DNA of 64,000 nucleotides from contig JAJDWX010000037.1 in the NCBI GenBank assembly GCA_022825385.1, positions 3,748 through 67,747 of the forward strand. Reading direction: 5' to 3'. Positions 45,308-54,224 of this stretch are shown here, in pieces. How positions within the stretch are numbered: position 1 is the first letter of the stretch; each line of letters begins with the position of its first letter. Below the pieces are notes generated by a model, which was given only the letters and a program-made list of their open reading frames with translations, made no database searches and was not told the origin of the DNA. This stretch comes from Rhodothermales bacterium. GTDB lineage: Bacteria; Bacteroidota; Rhodothermia; Rhodothermales; VXPQ01. The position numbers were made by a program, and so were the translations under genes.

Positions 45308-45762
45308 AAATCTATACGCTCGAAACCACGGAGATATTGCCCGTTTCGCTGGAAGAATCCTGGGCATTCTTTTCCAATCCGCATAATCTGCCGAAGATTA
45401 CCCCGCCGCGGCTCAACATGCGGATCACGTCCGGGGCGGACGGGGAAATATATCCCGGCATGATCATCGCATACTCCGTAACCCCTCTTCCGCCTTTCAG
45501 GACCGGTTGGGTTACGGAAATAACCGCCGTGGATACGCTGCGGTATTTCGTGGACGAGCAGCGATTCGGGCCCTACAAATTCTGGCATCACAAGCATTTC
45601 TTCGCCGATGCGGGGGAGAAAACGGAAGTGCGGGACCGGGTGCACTATGCCTTGCCGTTCGATCCGTTCGGCAGGCTGGCCCACCCGCTGTTCGTGCGAC
45701 GACAACTGGACGCGATTTTCAAGTACCGCAGCGCGCAGTTGCGGTCCTTGTTCGGGGATTGA
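45304..45762 (+). CDS. SRPBCC ligand-binding domain protein
   Basis: GTG start with a GTGA overlap. IYTLETTEILPVSLEESWAFFSNPHNLPKITP and FGPYKFWHHKHFF are typical of this family. Confidence 0.8.
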   Translation: MKIYTLETTEILPVSLEESWAFFSNPHNLPKITPPRLNMRITSGADGEIYPGMIIAYSVTPLPPFRTGWVTEITAVDTLRYFVDEQRFGPYKFWHHKHFFADAGEKTEVRDRVHYALPFDPFGRLAHPLFVRRQLDAIFKYRSAQLRSLFGD

Positions 45763-45946
45763 GCGGAGGCCGGGCGCCTGTCCAGCACAAGGGCGCCGCC
45801 GGTCCTGCCCCGAAACGGCCAGAATGCGCAGGGCAGCCAAGTCTATCGCTTCCCGTTTCCTCCTTTTTTGGAACAGTTTGCCATCGTTGTTTACCTTGAC
45901 AAAGCCATATGCATCGCCTGCGTTTAAATCGTTCGAGACGGCATAG

Positions 45947-47359
45947 ATGATCGCTTCTTTTGTCGGCTTACTGCTGTGTTTCACCCTCATCGGGGTGTCT
46001 TCCGCGTGGCTTAGCCGTGGTACCCGGCATGACTACTACCTGGCTGGCAGCAGCGTAAAGCCCTGGCTGGTGGGACTCTCCGCCGTGGCGACCAACAACA
46101 GCGGCTTCATGTTCATCGGCGTTATCGGCTACACCTATGCCACTGGCTTCCCCGCATTCTGGTTGATGTTCGGTTGGATCGCGGGGGACTTCCTGAGTTC
46201 TCTCTTTGTTCACAGCAGGCTGCGGGCGGCCACGGCGCGTACCGGCGAGGTAAGTTATGCCGGCGTTCTGGCCAACTGGTATGGGGCGCCGCACGACTGG
46301 CTGCAACGTGTCATCGGCGCGGTATCGCTGCTGTTCCTGTTGGCTTACGCCAGCGCGCAACTGGTCGCAGGCTCCAAGGCGCTGCATGTGTTCTTCGGTT
46401 GGCCACAGTCTACCGGCGCCATATTGGGGGCCGCGCTGATCACCGTTTACTGCTTTGCCGGCGGTATTCGCGCATCCATCTGGACAGACGCGGCGCAATC
46501 CTCCGTCATGATCGTCGCCATGGGCTTACTGTTTTTCGCGGCGACCGAATCTTTAGGCGGTTTCAATGCAGCGCTCTCCGCCATGGGCAGTATTCCCGGT
46601 TACACAGACTGGTTTCCCGGCGACCTGCTGTTACCCGGAATGGCGGGGGCGACGCTATTCATCCTGGGCTGGATGTTCGCCGGCCTGTCGGTGATCGGCC
46701 AGCCTCATGTGATGGTTCGTTTTATGACCCTGGACAGTTCCGACCACATGCGCCAGGCGAGAATCTGGTACTACCTGTGGTTCGCCGCCTTCCACTTTCT
46801 GGCCACCTGCGTGGGGCTCCTTTCGCGTATTTACCTGAGCGACGTCCCTGCTTTCGATGCCGAATTGGCGTTGCCAATCATGGCCGTGGATTTGTTAAAC
46901 CCGGCTCTGGTGGGGCTGGTTCTGGCCGGTATCTTCGCCGCCGCCATGTCCACGGCGGATTCGCTGATACTGAGTTGCTCTGCCGCGATAACGCACGACC
47001 TGCTGCCCCGTCGGATGCAGCGTACGCTGCTCATCAGGGGAACGACTATTGTCATCACGGCGGCGGCGCTGGGCCTCGCAATGATCAACAGCCAGAGCGT
47101 ATTCAGCCTGGTCATCATGGCCTGGTCGGCCCTGGCCAGCGCGTTTGCGCCGCTGCTGATCGCACGCTGCCTGGGCTGGAAGCCTTCATTGCGCGTGAGC
47201 CTGTCAGCGATCGTGATTGGTCTTTCCGTAGCGCTTTTGTGGCGCTGGCCGGGTTGGGAGCAACACATTTACGAAGGCCTGTCTGGCATTATTTCAGGCC
47301 TGGCAGTACTTCGCATTGGGACCCATAGACATTCAGGCAATTCCAGAGCGGCGAGGTAG
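45947..47359 (+). CDS. sodium:solute symporter (PutP-like)
   Basis: 470 aa, multi-TM. DYYLAGSSVKPWLVGLSAVATNNSGFMFIG. Confidence 0.85.
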   Translation: MIASFVGLLLCFTLIGVSSAWLSRGTRHDYYLAGSSVKPWLVGLSAVATNNSGFMFIGVIGYTYATGFPAFWLMFGWIAGDFLSSLFVHSRLRAATARTGEVSYAGVLANWYGAPHDWLQRVIGAVSLLFLLAYASAQLVAGSKALHVFFGWPQSTGAILGAALITVYCFAGGIRASIWTDAAQSSVMIVAMGLLFFAATESLGGFNAALSAMGSIPGYTDWFPGDLLLPGMAGATLFILGWMFAGLSVIGQPHVMVRFMTLDSSDHMRQARIWYYLWFAAFHFLATCVGLLSRIYLSDVPAFDAELALPIMAVDLLNPALVGLVLAGIFAAAMSTADSLILSCSAAITHDLLPRRMQRTLLIRGTTIVITAAALGLAMINSQSVFSLVIMAWSALASAFAPLLIARCLGWKPSLRVSLSAIVIGLSVALLWRWPGWEQHIYEGLSGIISGLAVLRIGTHRHSGNSRAAR

Positions 47360-47427
47360 GTTTATCGGGATGCCGAGGGACAAAATCTAAACAACCCAGA
47401 CCATTGATCTACCCAATCAAACTACCG

Positions 47428-47501
47428 TGGCGCGGGAGAGACTCGAACTCTCGACCTTACGATTATGAGTCGTACGCTCTAACCTGCTGAGCTACCGCGC
47501 C
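47428..47501 (-). tRNA. tRNA-Met (anticodon CAT), elongator-type; tRNA-Ile2 (lysidine) not excluded
   Basis: The reverse complement folds as a 74-nt cloverleaf: acceptor GGCGCGG/CCGCGCC, D arm GCTC/GAGC, anticodon stem TACGA/TCGTA with loop CTCATAA, T arm GAGAG-TTCGAGT-CTCTC. CCA is not encoded. Confidence 0.9.
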
Positions 47502-47663
47502 AGGATTTACGCAAATAAAGCGGACACGTTATACGACCTGTCCCGAAAAGAGTTCGGGGCGCCGCATAGCCTGCGCTGCGTATCGGTTCGCTTCGTACAT
47601 TGGATTGCGCCCGCCGCCCGCCTCGCTGTCGTTCTCGCGGCGATCACTTTAATCCTGGCCGTC

Positions 47664-48857
47664 ATGTCCTGGACTTCCGTCATTGGCCAGCAGCGCGCCC
47701 TGACTGCGCTGCGCCGCACCATATCCGCGGACCGGATAGCCCATGCCTGGCTGTTTTACGGTCCAGAGGGCGTCGGCAAGCGGGCTGCGGCGATCGCGTA
47801 CGGAAAAGCGCTGCTTTGCGAACGGGGCGGCGAGGAGGGATGCGGCGCCTGTTCGCCCTGCGTCAAGGTAGACCGGATGGTTCACCCCGACCTGCATCTT
47901 CTGATGCCGCATCCGTCGGACGCCGATCCCTCGGACGTAGCCGAGCGCATCCGGCTCATTGGGCAGAATCCCTACGCCGCCGTGGATTTCGTGCGTCGGC
48001 CCTCTCTGGACGATCCATCCCGATCCTCCAACAAACAGGCGCTCTACACCGTCGCGCGCGTTCAGGAGGATATGTGCCGGGCCATGAGTTTTCAGTCCGT
48101 GGAGGGAGGGTATAAAGTGGCGGTCGTCAGCGACGCGGAATATTTGCGTACGGACGCCGCCAATATGTTTCTGAAAATGCTGGAGGAGCCGCCGCCGAAG
48201 ACCGTTTTCATTCTCGCCACCAGCCGGCCGGACCGTATTCTCCCCACCATTCTTTCCCGCTGCCGTCGTCTGCGGTTCGATCCGCTGCCGCCGGAAGCTA
48301 TTGCGCAGGCGCTCATCGAGCGGGAAGGCGTAGACCCGGCGTCCGCCGCCACGCTTGCGCGGATGGCGGACGGATCCTACGCCGCAGGGATCGACCTTGC
48401 GCAGAACGAGGATTTGCGCGCCCTGCGCGCGCTGGTGCTGGAGTTTGCCCGGGCCGCGTACACTCGGAACGTGGGGGCGATAACCGATATCGTGGAGCGG
48501 ATCGGACGATTCGGGCGCGACCGGGTTGGCCATGTGCTGGAGCTGCTCCTTCGATGGATTCGCGACCTGATGCTCTACCGAACCATGGGCGAGGCGGCTC
48601 CGCTCGTCAACGTGGACCAGACCCGCGCCATCGCCGATTTCGTCGCCGCGCTTCCCCGGGCCGACGTCGAAGCCATGGCGTCGGTCATCGAGGAAGCGAT
48701 TACGCTGGTTCGGGGCAACGTGCATGTTTCCCTGACCTTGACCGTTCTGGCCGGGGCGCTGGGCGAGGCCATGCGCGGTCCGCATTCCGGCGCGTTGTAC
48801 ATGTCGCTGAGCGATGCGTACGGCGGCAAGGACGCATCCCTCGGAAGGACCGGATAA
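47664..48857 (+). CDS. holB: DNA polymerase III subunit delta'
   Basis: AHAWLFYGPEGVGK, Zn module CGACSPC, and SRCRRLRF. Confidence 0.9.
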   Translation: MSWTSVIGQQRALTALRRTISADRIAHAWLFYGPEGVGKRAAAIAYGKALLCERGGEEGCGACSPCVKVDRMVHPDLHLLMPHPSDADPSDVAERIRLIGQNPYAAVDFVRRPSLDDPSRSSNKQALYTVARVQEDMCRAMSFQSVEGGYKVAVVSDAEYLRTDAANMFLKMLEEPPPKTVFILATSRPDRILPTILSRCRRLRFDPLPPEAIAQALIEREGVDPASAATLARMADGSYAAGIDLAQNEDLRALRALVLEFARAAYTRNVGAITDIVERIGRFGRDRVGHVLELLLRWIRDLMLYRTMGEAAPLVNVDQTRAIADFVAALPRADVEAMASVIEEAITLVRGNVHVSLTLTVLAGALGEAMRGPHSGALYMSLSDAYGGKDASLGRTG

Positions 48858-48889
48858 GATTCCCGTTTCGCTTCGCACGCACGGATTTC

Positions 48890-50479
48890 ATGCGCAACAA
48901 AACCCTGTACCTGACAGCCAGCGGAGACCTGCGGCTTGCGGCCAACAGGATGTGCTGGCCCGCGCAAGAGGCCCTTGAAACCGCGCTCGTCCGGGCCGCG
49001 GAATCAATGGGATACGCCGTGGACAGAAGGCCCGCCTTCGATGCGGCCAAAGGGCATGGTTTCCTGGACAGCCAGCGGAGGGGGCTGGAAATATTCGCGG
49101 AAATGGACCCGGAGCGCCCGCTTATGGTGGCCTGCGCGGCCTGGCAATATTCCCATCACGTATTGCCGGGCTTGACTACGCACAAGGGACCCATTCTGAC
49201 GGTGGCCAACTGGAGCGGACAGTGGCCCGGCCTGGTGGGCATGCTGAATCTCAACGGCAGCCTGGCCAAGGCGGGCGTTCCGTATTCGACGCTTTGGGGC
49301 GAAGAAGCGACCGACCCCGGTTTCATGGACCCGTTGCGCCGCTGGCTTGCGGACGGCGCCCTGACGCACGATACGAGCCATGTCCGCCCGTCCCCCGACC
49401 TTTCCGAAAACGCCGTCGCCGCGTCCGTCGGGCAGCGCGTCGCCCGCGACCTTGCCCGCCGCAAAGCCATCCTGGGCGTATTCGACGAAGGGTGCATGGG
49501 GATGTATAACGCCATCGTCCCGGACCATTTGCTCCATGCGACAGGCATTTTCAAGGAGCGCCTGAGTCAAAGCGCCCTGTATTACGAAACGTTGCGCGTT
49601 GCCGACGACGAGGCGGACCGGTGCCGGGCGTGGCTCGAGAGGCGAGGCATGACGTTTCGGACCGGCCCGGACCCCGCCGCGGACCTCACCGACGAGCAGA
49701 TTGGCCTGCAACTCAAGACGTATATCGCTGCGCTGCGCCTGGCGGACGATTTCGGGTGCGACGCCATCGGCATTCAGTATCAGCAGGGGCTGAAGGATTT
49801 GCTACCGGCTTCGGACCTGGCCGAGGGGCTTCTGAACAATACGGAACGCCCGCCCGCCTACGCCCGCGACGGGCGCCGCGAACTCTTTCCTGGCCGCGCC
49901 CTGCCGCATTTCAACGAAGTAGACGAATGCGCCGGCGTGGATGCGCTGGTGACGCACCGCGTATGGAACGCGCTGGGCTACGATCCCGAAACGACGTTGC
50001 ACGACGTCCGATGGGGCGCTCCGTACGGCGACGAATATGTGTGGGTTTTCGAGATTTCCGGCGCCGCGCCTCCGAAGCATTTCGTTGGGGGATACGCGGG
50101 CGCGTCCAGCGAGCGGCAGCCGCCCATGTATTTTCGGCTCGGCGGGGGCTCGGTGAAGGGGGTCAGCAAGCCCGGCGAGATCGTATGGAGTCGCCTTTTC
50201 GTGGAAGCGGATCGCCTCAAGGCGGACCTGGGCCGGGCGACCGTTGTGGCTTTGCCGGAGGAGGAAACGGAGCGCCGATGGCGGGCTACGACCTCGCAAT
50301 GGCCCATTATGCACGCCGCGCTGCACGGGGTGACGCGGGATCAGATGATGGCCCGCCACAAATCGAACCATATCCAGGTGGCGTACGCGCCCTCGGCGGA
50401 GGATGCGGACCGGGCGCTTGCCGCCAAGACGGCGGCGTTCGCAGCCATGGGGATCGAGACGTACTGGTGCGGAGTGTGA
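48890..50479 (+). CDS. L-fucose isomerase-like (FucI/AraA superfamily) sugar isomerase
   Basis: Start at MRNKTLYL. The C-terminus (TSQWPIMHAAL ... NHIQVAY) parallels FucI STWPTTWFAP ... NHGVLTI. The call is by resemblance only. Confidence 0.55.
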   Translation: MRNKTLYLTASGDLRLAANRMCWPAQEALETALVRAAESMGYAVDRRPAFDAAKGHGFLDSQRRGLEIFAEMDPERPLMVACAAWQYSHHVLPGLTTHKGPILTVANWSGQWPGLVGMLNLNGSLAKAGVPYSTLWGEEATDPGFMDPLRRWLADGALTHDTSHVRPSPDLSENAVAASVGQRVARDLARRKAILGVFDEGCMGMYNAIVPDHLLHATGIFKERLSQSALYYETLRVADDEADRCRAWLERRGMTFRTGPDPAADLTDEQIGLQLKTYIAALRLADDFGCDAIGIQYQQGLKDLLPASDLAEGLLNNTERPPAYARDGRRELFPGRALPHFNEVDECAGVDALVTHRVWNALGYDPETTLHDVRWGAPYGDEYVWVFEISGAAPPKHFVGGYAGASSERQPPMYFRLGGGSVKGVSKPGEIVWSRLFVEADRLKADLGRATVVALPEEETERRWRATTSQWPIMHAALHGVTRDQMMARHKSNHIQVAYAPSAEDADRALAAKTAAFAAMGIETYWCGV

Positions 50480-50491
50480 AGGCAGGCGCGC

Positions 50492-50890
50492 CTACCGGAG
50501 CAGGTCTTCGATATCGATCTGCTCGATGTCCCCGGAAAGGTCCTCGGCTTGCGGGCGCACCAGGGCCAGGATGGCCGCGTGGGGAATGATGAGATAATCC
50601 CGCCCGTTGAACTTGATTTCGATCGCTTCTTTTTTGAGAAAGAAGGCATGATCGCCCGGCTCCGCCTGCAAGGGCAGGTAGCGCACCGAGTCGCGGTTGG
50701 CGCTCCAGGGTTCGCCGGTGTAGTCGGGGTTCGGCATCACATAGCCCGGCCCTGTTTTTTCGACCCGGCCCATCCGGACGTCCTGGCGCTCGGCCACAGA
50801 CGCGGGAAGCACCAGGCCGGCTTCCGTTTGCGTTTCGCCCTCTTCGGGAGCGATGAGAACGCGGTCTCCCGCAACGATCAGTTCATTCAT
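50492..50890 (-). CDS. GroES/Cpn10-like family protein
   Basis: GDRVLIAPEEGETQTEAGLVLP has the Cpn10 pattern. At 132 aa it is longer than canonical GroES. Confidence 0.65.
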   Translation of the reverse strand: MNELIVAGDRVLIAPEEGETQTEAGLVLPASVAERQDVRMGRVEKTGPGYVMPNPDYTGEPWSANRDSVRYLPLQAEPGDHAFFLKKEAIEIKFNGRDYLIIPHAAILALVRPQAEDLSGDIEQIDIEDLLR

Positions 50891-50965
50891 AACGGGGAAA
50901 GTATGCGCAGGGCCGGATATCGTTCCGCCGCTGTTTCGCGCGATGTGGTTTTGATCGGCGTATAC

Positions 50966-52156
50966 TTAGCGTTTTCGCAGGCGCCGGAGCGCTTCCGCGT
51001 ACTGGTCCAGCACCCGCTCGCGGTCGTAGAACGCCGCGCGCGCCGCTGCGTTCGCCTGCCATGCGGCGTATTCTTCCTTGTCTATGGATGCGAGCAGGGC
51101 GGGCAGGTTTTTCGCCTCGGGCCATGCGTATAGCGGTCCCGGGCGGTGCGCAGTCATTTCCGCGCCCAGCGGGCTGTCCGCGTCGCAAACGGCGAGGACG
51201 GGCGTGCCGCTTGCAAGCGCCGGGATCAGCTTGGAAGGGAGGAAAGAGCCGCCTGTCTCCGGCCGTTCCGGAATGACTGCGAAATCTGCTTCGCGAAGCG
51301 CCCGGGCCAGTTCCTGCTCGTCCGACAGGCCGCGCACGTCGAACCGCTGGTCGCCCGTCTCGTCCGCCCATTTCCGCAGCGCGCCGGCGCCGCTGCCCTC
51401 GGCCTGGATTCGGAATGCGAACGGAGCGTCGCTCTGGTGCAGGATGCGGCACAGTTCGAGCAAATGCTGTTTCGTACCCAGATTCCCGGAATACAGGAGG
51501 CGCGGCGGCGAGGCGGGGCTTTTGGTCTTCGGCGCGGGAGTCAGGTGGCGGGCCAGCGATGCGTGCAGCCAGTTCGGCAGGTAGCGGATCGGTTGATTGC
51601 GCCGCCTTCGGGGCTTCAGCCGTTCGACCATGGCGGGAGAAATCGTGCTCCACGCATCGGCCTCGTTGAAGAGCGCGTCTTGCAGCCGAACCATCCAGCG
51701 TCCCCGCCCGATGCCCCCGGCTTGCGCTGCTTCGGCGGGCAAATCCTGCACGTTCAGCCACAGGGGCAGGCCGGTTTTTCGGCGGCAGGCGGCGGCGTAC
51801 GCCACCGCGCCCAGCAGGGGGCAAAAGACCATCAGCGCGTCGTAGTCGCCGCGGCGGGGCAGGCGGCGCATGAGCGAGGCGCAAAAAGACCCTTCGTAGA
51901 GCAGCCGTTCGCCGAGCGCCTGCGGGTTTCGGGGAATGTACAGCCCAAACCGCTCGATGCGTACGCCCCGCCGCGTTTCGGATCGGATGCGCCAGCCGTT
52001 TTCGCCCGATTTGTCGCGCCATTCGGGATAGTAGGACGCCGCGCACCGCACCGTTACCTCGAAACCGCGCTCGGCCAGCCCGTAGCACAGGTCGCTGAAG
52101 AGTACGCCGCCTCCCAGGTCCGGTTCGAATACGTTGACGATGACAAGCAGACGCAT
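50966..52156 (-). CDS. glycosyltransferase family 4 (WcaI/WbuB-like)
   Basis: MRLLVIVNVFEPDLGGG N-terminus and a GT-B C-terminal half (SFLPSKLIPALASGTPVLA). Confidence 0.85.
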   Translation of the reverse strand: MRLLVIVNVFEPDLGGGVLFSDLCYGLAERGFEVTVRCAASYYPEWRDKSGENGWRIRSETRRGVRIERFGLYIPRNPQALGERLLYEGSFCASLMRRLPRRGDYDALMVFCPLLGAVAYAAACRRKTGLPLWLNVQDLPAEAAQAGGIGRGRWMVRLQDALFNEADAWSTISPAMVERLKPRRRRNQPIRYLPNWLHASLARHLTPAPKTKSPASPPRLLYSGNLGTKQHLLELCRILHQSDAPFAFRIQAEGSGAGALRKWADETGDQRFDVRGLSDEQELARALREADFAVIPERPETGGSFLPSKLIPALASGTPVLAVCDADSPLGAEMTAHRPGPLYAWPEAKNLPALLASIDKEEYAAWQANAAARAAFYDRERVLDQYAEALRRLRKR

Positions 52157-52181
52157 GGCCCTGCGGCGGCAAACGAAACGA

Positions 52182-54020
52182 TCAGGCGCCCGCCTCGGGC
52201 GCGGCGGACGAATTCAGGCGCTTGAGGCTTGTCCACAGGAAGGCGCCGGACGCGGCGATCCCGCACAAGCAAACAAGCAGCCATCCGGTTCTGCCCATCA
52301 GCAAGTGTCCGACGCCGAACAGGGCGGAATAGACCAGGACGACTCCCGCCACGCAATCGCCTGCGAGCCGCGCCATGCCTGTGTCCTGCAGCACGTCCGG
52401 ATTGCGGGCGGCGACAGGCTTCCAGCCGGGCCCTCCGGGATGAACGCGCCGGTAGAACCGGTCCAGCGTTTCGTCGCGCGCGGGCCGGGTGAAGAGCGTA
52501 GCCGTTACCCATACCGCTGTGGTGAACGCGGCGACGGCGAACAGGTCGTTGGGGAACCCGGCTTCGAGGCCGGGAAGTTCGATCCCGAACAGGCCCAGGA
52601 AAAGCGCAAGGCCAAGCAGGAAAAGCGGGGACAGCGTAGCGGCCAGTTCGCTCCATGCGTTGATTCGCCACCAGTACCAGCGCAAAATCAGGACCAGCCC
52701 GAGGCCGCTGGAAGCCGTAATGAGCAGCGCCCAGGCCTCGCTTACGGACTGCAGGTTCGCAGCGATGAAGACCGCTGCGACGCTCAGGGCGAACGTCAGG
52801 ACGCGGGACGCAAGGACGTAGTGTTTCTCGCTGGCGTTCGGCTTGACGAACCGTCTCCAGAAGTCGTTCACGAGATAAGACGTTCCCCAGTTCAGTTGCG
52901 TAGAGATCGTGCTCATGAAGGCGGCCAGAAAAGCGGCCAGCATCAGGCCGAGAAAACCGGATGGAAGCACGTCGCGCATCGCCAGGACGAACCCTTCGCG
53001 CGGGTCGTCCAGATCGGGATAGAGCACGAGGGCGGCAAGGGCCACGATAATCCAGGGCCAGGGCCGCAGGCAATAATGCGCCACGGTAAACCAGAGCGTG
53101 GCGAAGAGGGAATGCTTTTCGTCTTTTGCGCTCATCATGCGCTGGGCCACATAGCCTCCGCCGCCGGGTTCGGCCCCCGGATACCAGCTCGACCACCATT
53201 GCACCCCGACGTACGCGAAGAAACTTACGGCGGTGAGCGCCAGCACGGCCCCGCCTTCCGCTGCGTTTCCGAGGGTGGGCAACATGCGGAAGGTCGATTC
53301 CGGCAGGGCGCCCATCAGGCCCGCCATGCCCCCCACCTCAGGCATATCCAGCACGAACGCGGCAAGAATAATGCTGCCGCCGATGGCGATAACGAACTGG
53401 AACGCATCGGTGACGACGACGCCCCACAGCCCGGAAAGCAGCGCGTACACGCCGACAAGCAGCATGAGCAGGGCCACCACGACGAGCGGCGCCCCGATTT
53501 CGGTGCCGAGGACAGGGAAGGATGCGCGTCCGAAAATGGTCAGGCCCGGGAACAGGACGCCGATGACCGTTTCCATGGCCAGGGCCACCCACCCCATGAT
53601 AATGCCGTTGAGCACAAGCCCGAAATAGAGGGCTTTGACGCCGCGCAGCACGGCGGCGGCCTTGCCGTCGTAGCGCATCTCGACGAATTCCACATCCGTA
53701 AGCACCCCGCTGCGCCGCCACAGGCGGGCGAAAAAGAAAACGGTCAGGACGCCGCCAAAGGCCATGTTCCACCACAGCCAGTTCCCGGCGATTCCGTTTC
53801 GGGCCACGAGTTCGGTGACGGCGAGGGGGGTGTCCGCGGCGAAGGTGGTGGCCACCATGGACGTGCCGGCCAGCCACCAGGGCATGTTTCGGCCCGACAG
53901 GAAGAAATCCGAGGTGCTGCGCCCGGCGCGCCGGAAATAATACGCGGCGATGCCGAACGACAGGGCGAAATATCCTGCTATGAGAATCCAGTCGAGCGGG
54001 GCAAGGAGCATGGCGTCCAT
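52182..54020 (-). CDS. sodium:solute symporter family transporter
   Basis: Start at MDAMLLAPLDW. SDFFLSGRNMPWW; multi-TM, about 612 aa. Confidence 0.85.
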   Translation of the reverse strand: MDAMLLAPLDWILIAGYFALSFGIAAYYFRRAGRSTSDFFLSGRNMPWWLAGTSMVATTFAADTPLAVTELVARNGIAGNWLWWNMAFGGVLTVFFFARLWRRSGVLTDVEFVEMRYDGKAAAVLRGVKALYFGLVLNGIIMGWVALAMETVIGVLFPGLTIFGRASFPVLGTEIGAPLVVVALLMLLVGVYALLSGLWGVVVTDAFQFVIAIGGSIILAAFVLDMPEVGGMAGLMGALPESTFRMLPTLGNAAEGGAVLALTAVSFFAYVGVQWWSSWYPGAEPGGGGYVAQRMMSAKDEKHSLFATLWFTVAHYCLRPWPWIIVALAALVLYPDLDDPREGFVLAMRDVLPSGFLGLMLAAFLAAFMSTISTQLNWGTSYLVNDFWRRFVKPNASEKHYVLASRVLTFALSVAAVFIAANLQSVSEAWALLITASSGLGLVLILRWYWWRINAWSELAATLSPLFLLGLALFLGLFGIELPGLEAGFPNDLFAVAAFTTAVWVTATLFTRPARDETLDRFYRRVHPGGPGWKPVAARNPDVLQDTGMARLAGDCVAGVVLVYSALFGVGHLLMGRTGWLLVCLCGIAASGAFLWTSLKRLNSSAAPEAGA

Positions 54021-54224
54021 CGGGCTATGTGGCGAAGGAATATAACGCTGTTGTGGCAAGGCGGTCTGCGAATCTACTGCACGGACGGTTGAATAGCACG
54101 GATCGATCCAGGAATCGGCTTGACCGGCAGGCGCCCGATGCGTATTCTTATGCGCGCAATCGGCAGATGCGCTACTTGGCCGTTGCTACTCCCTGTTTCT
54201 CTCGCAAATCCCGGTTTTGGCGTA

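Noticed and set aside
47428-47501. The tRNA-CAT as the initiator tRNA-fMet.
   Set aside because: Position 1-72 is a normal G-C pair, and the anticodon stem lacks the three consecutive G-C pairs typical of initiators.
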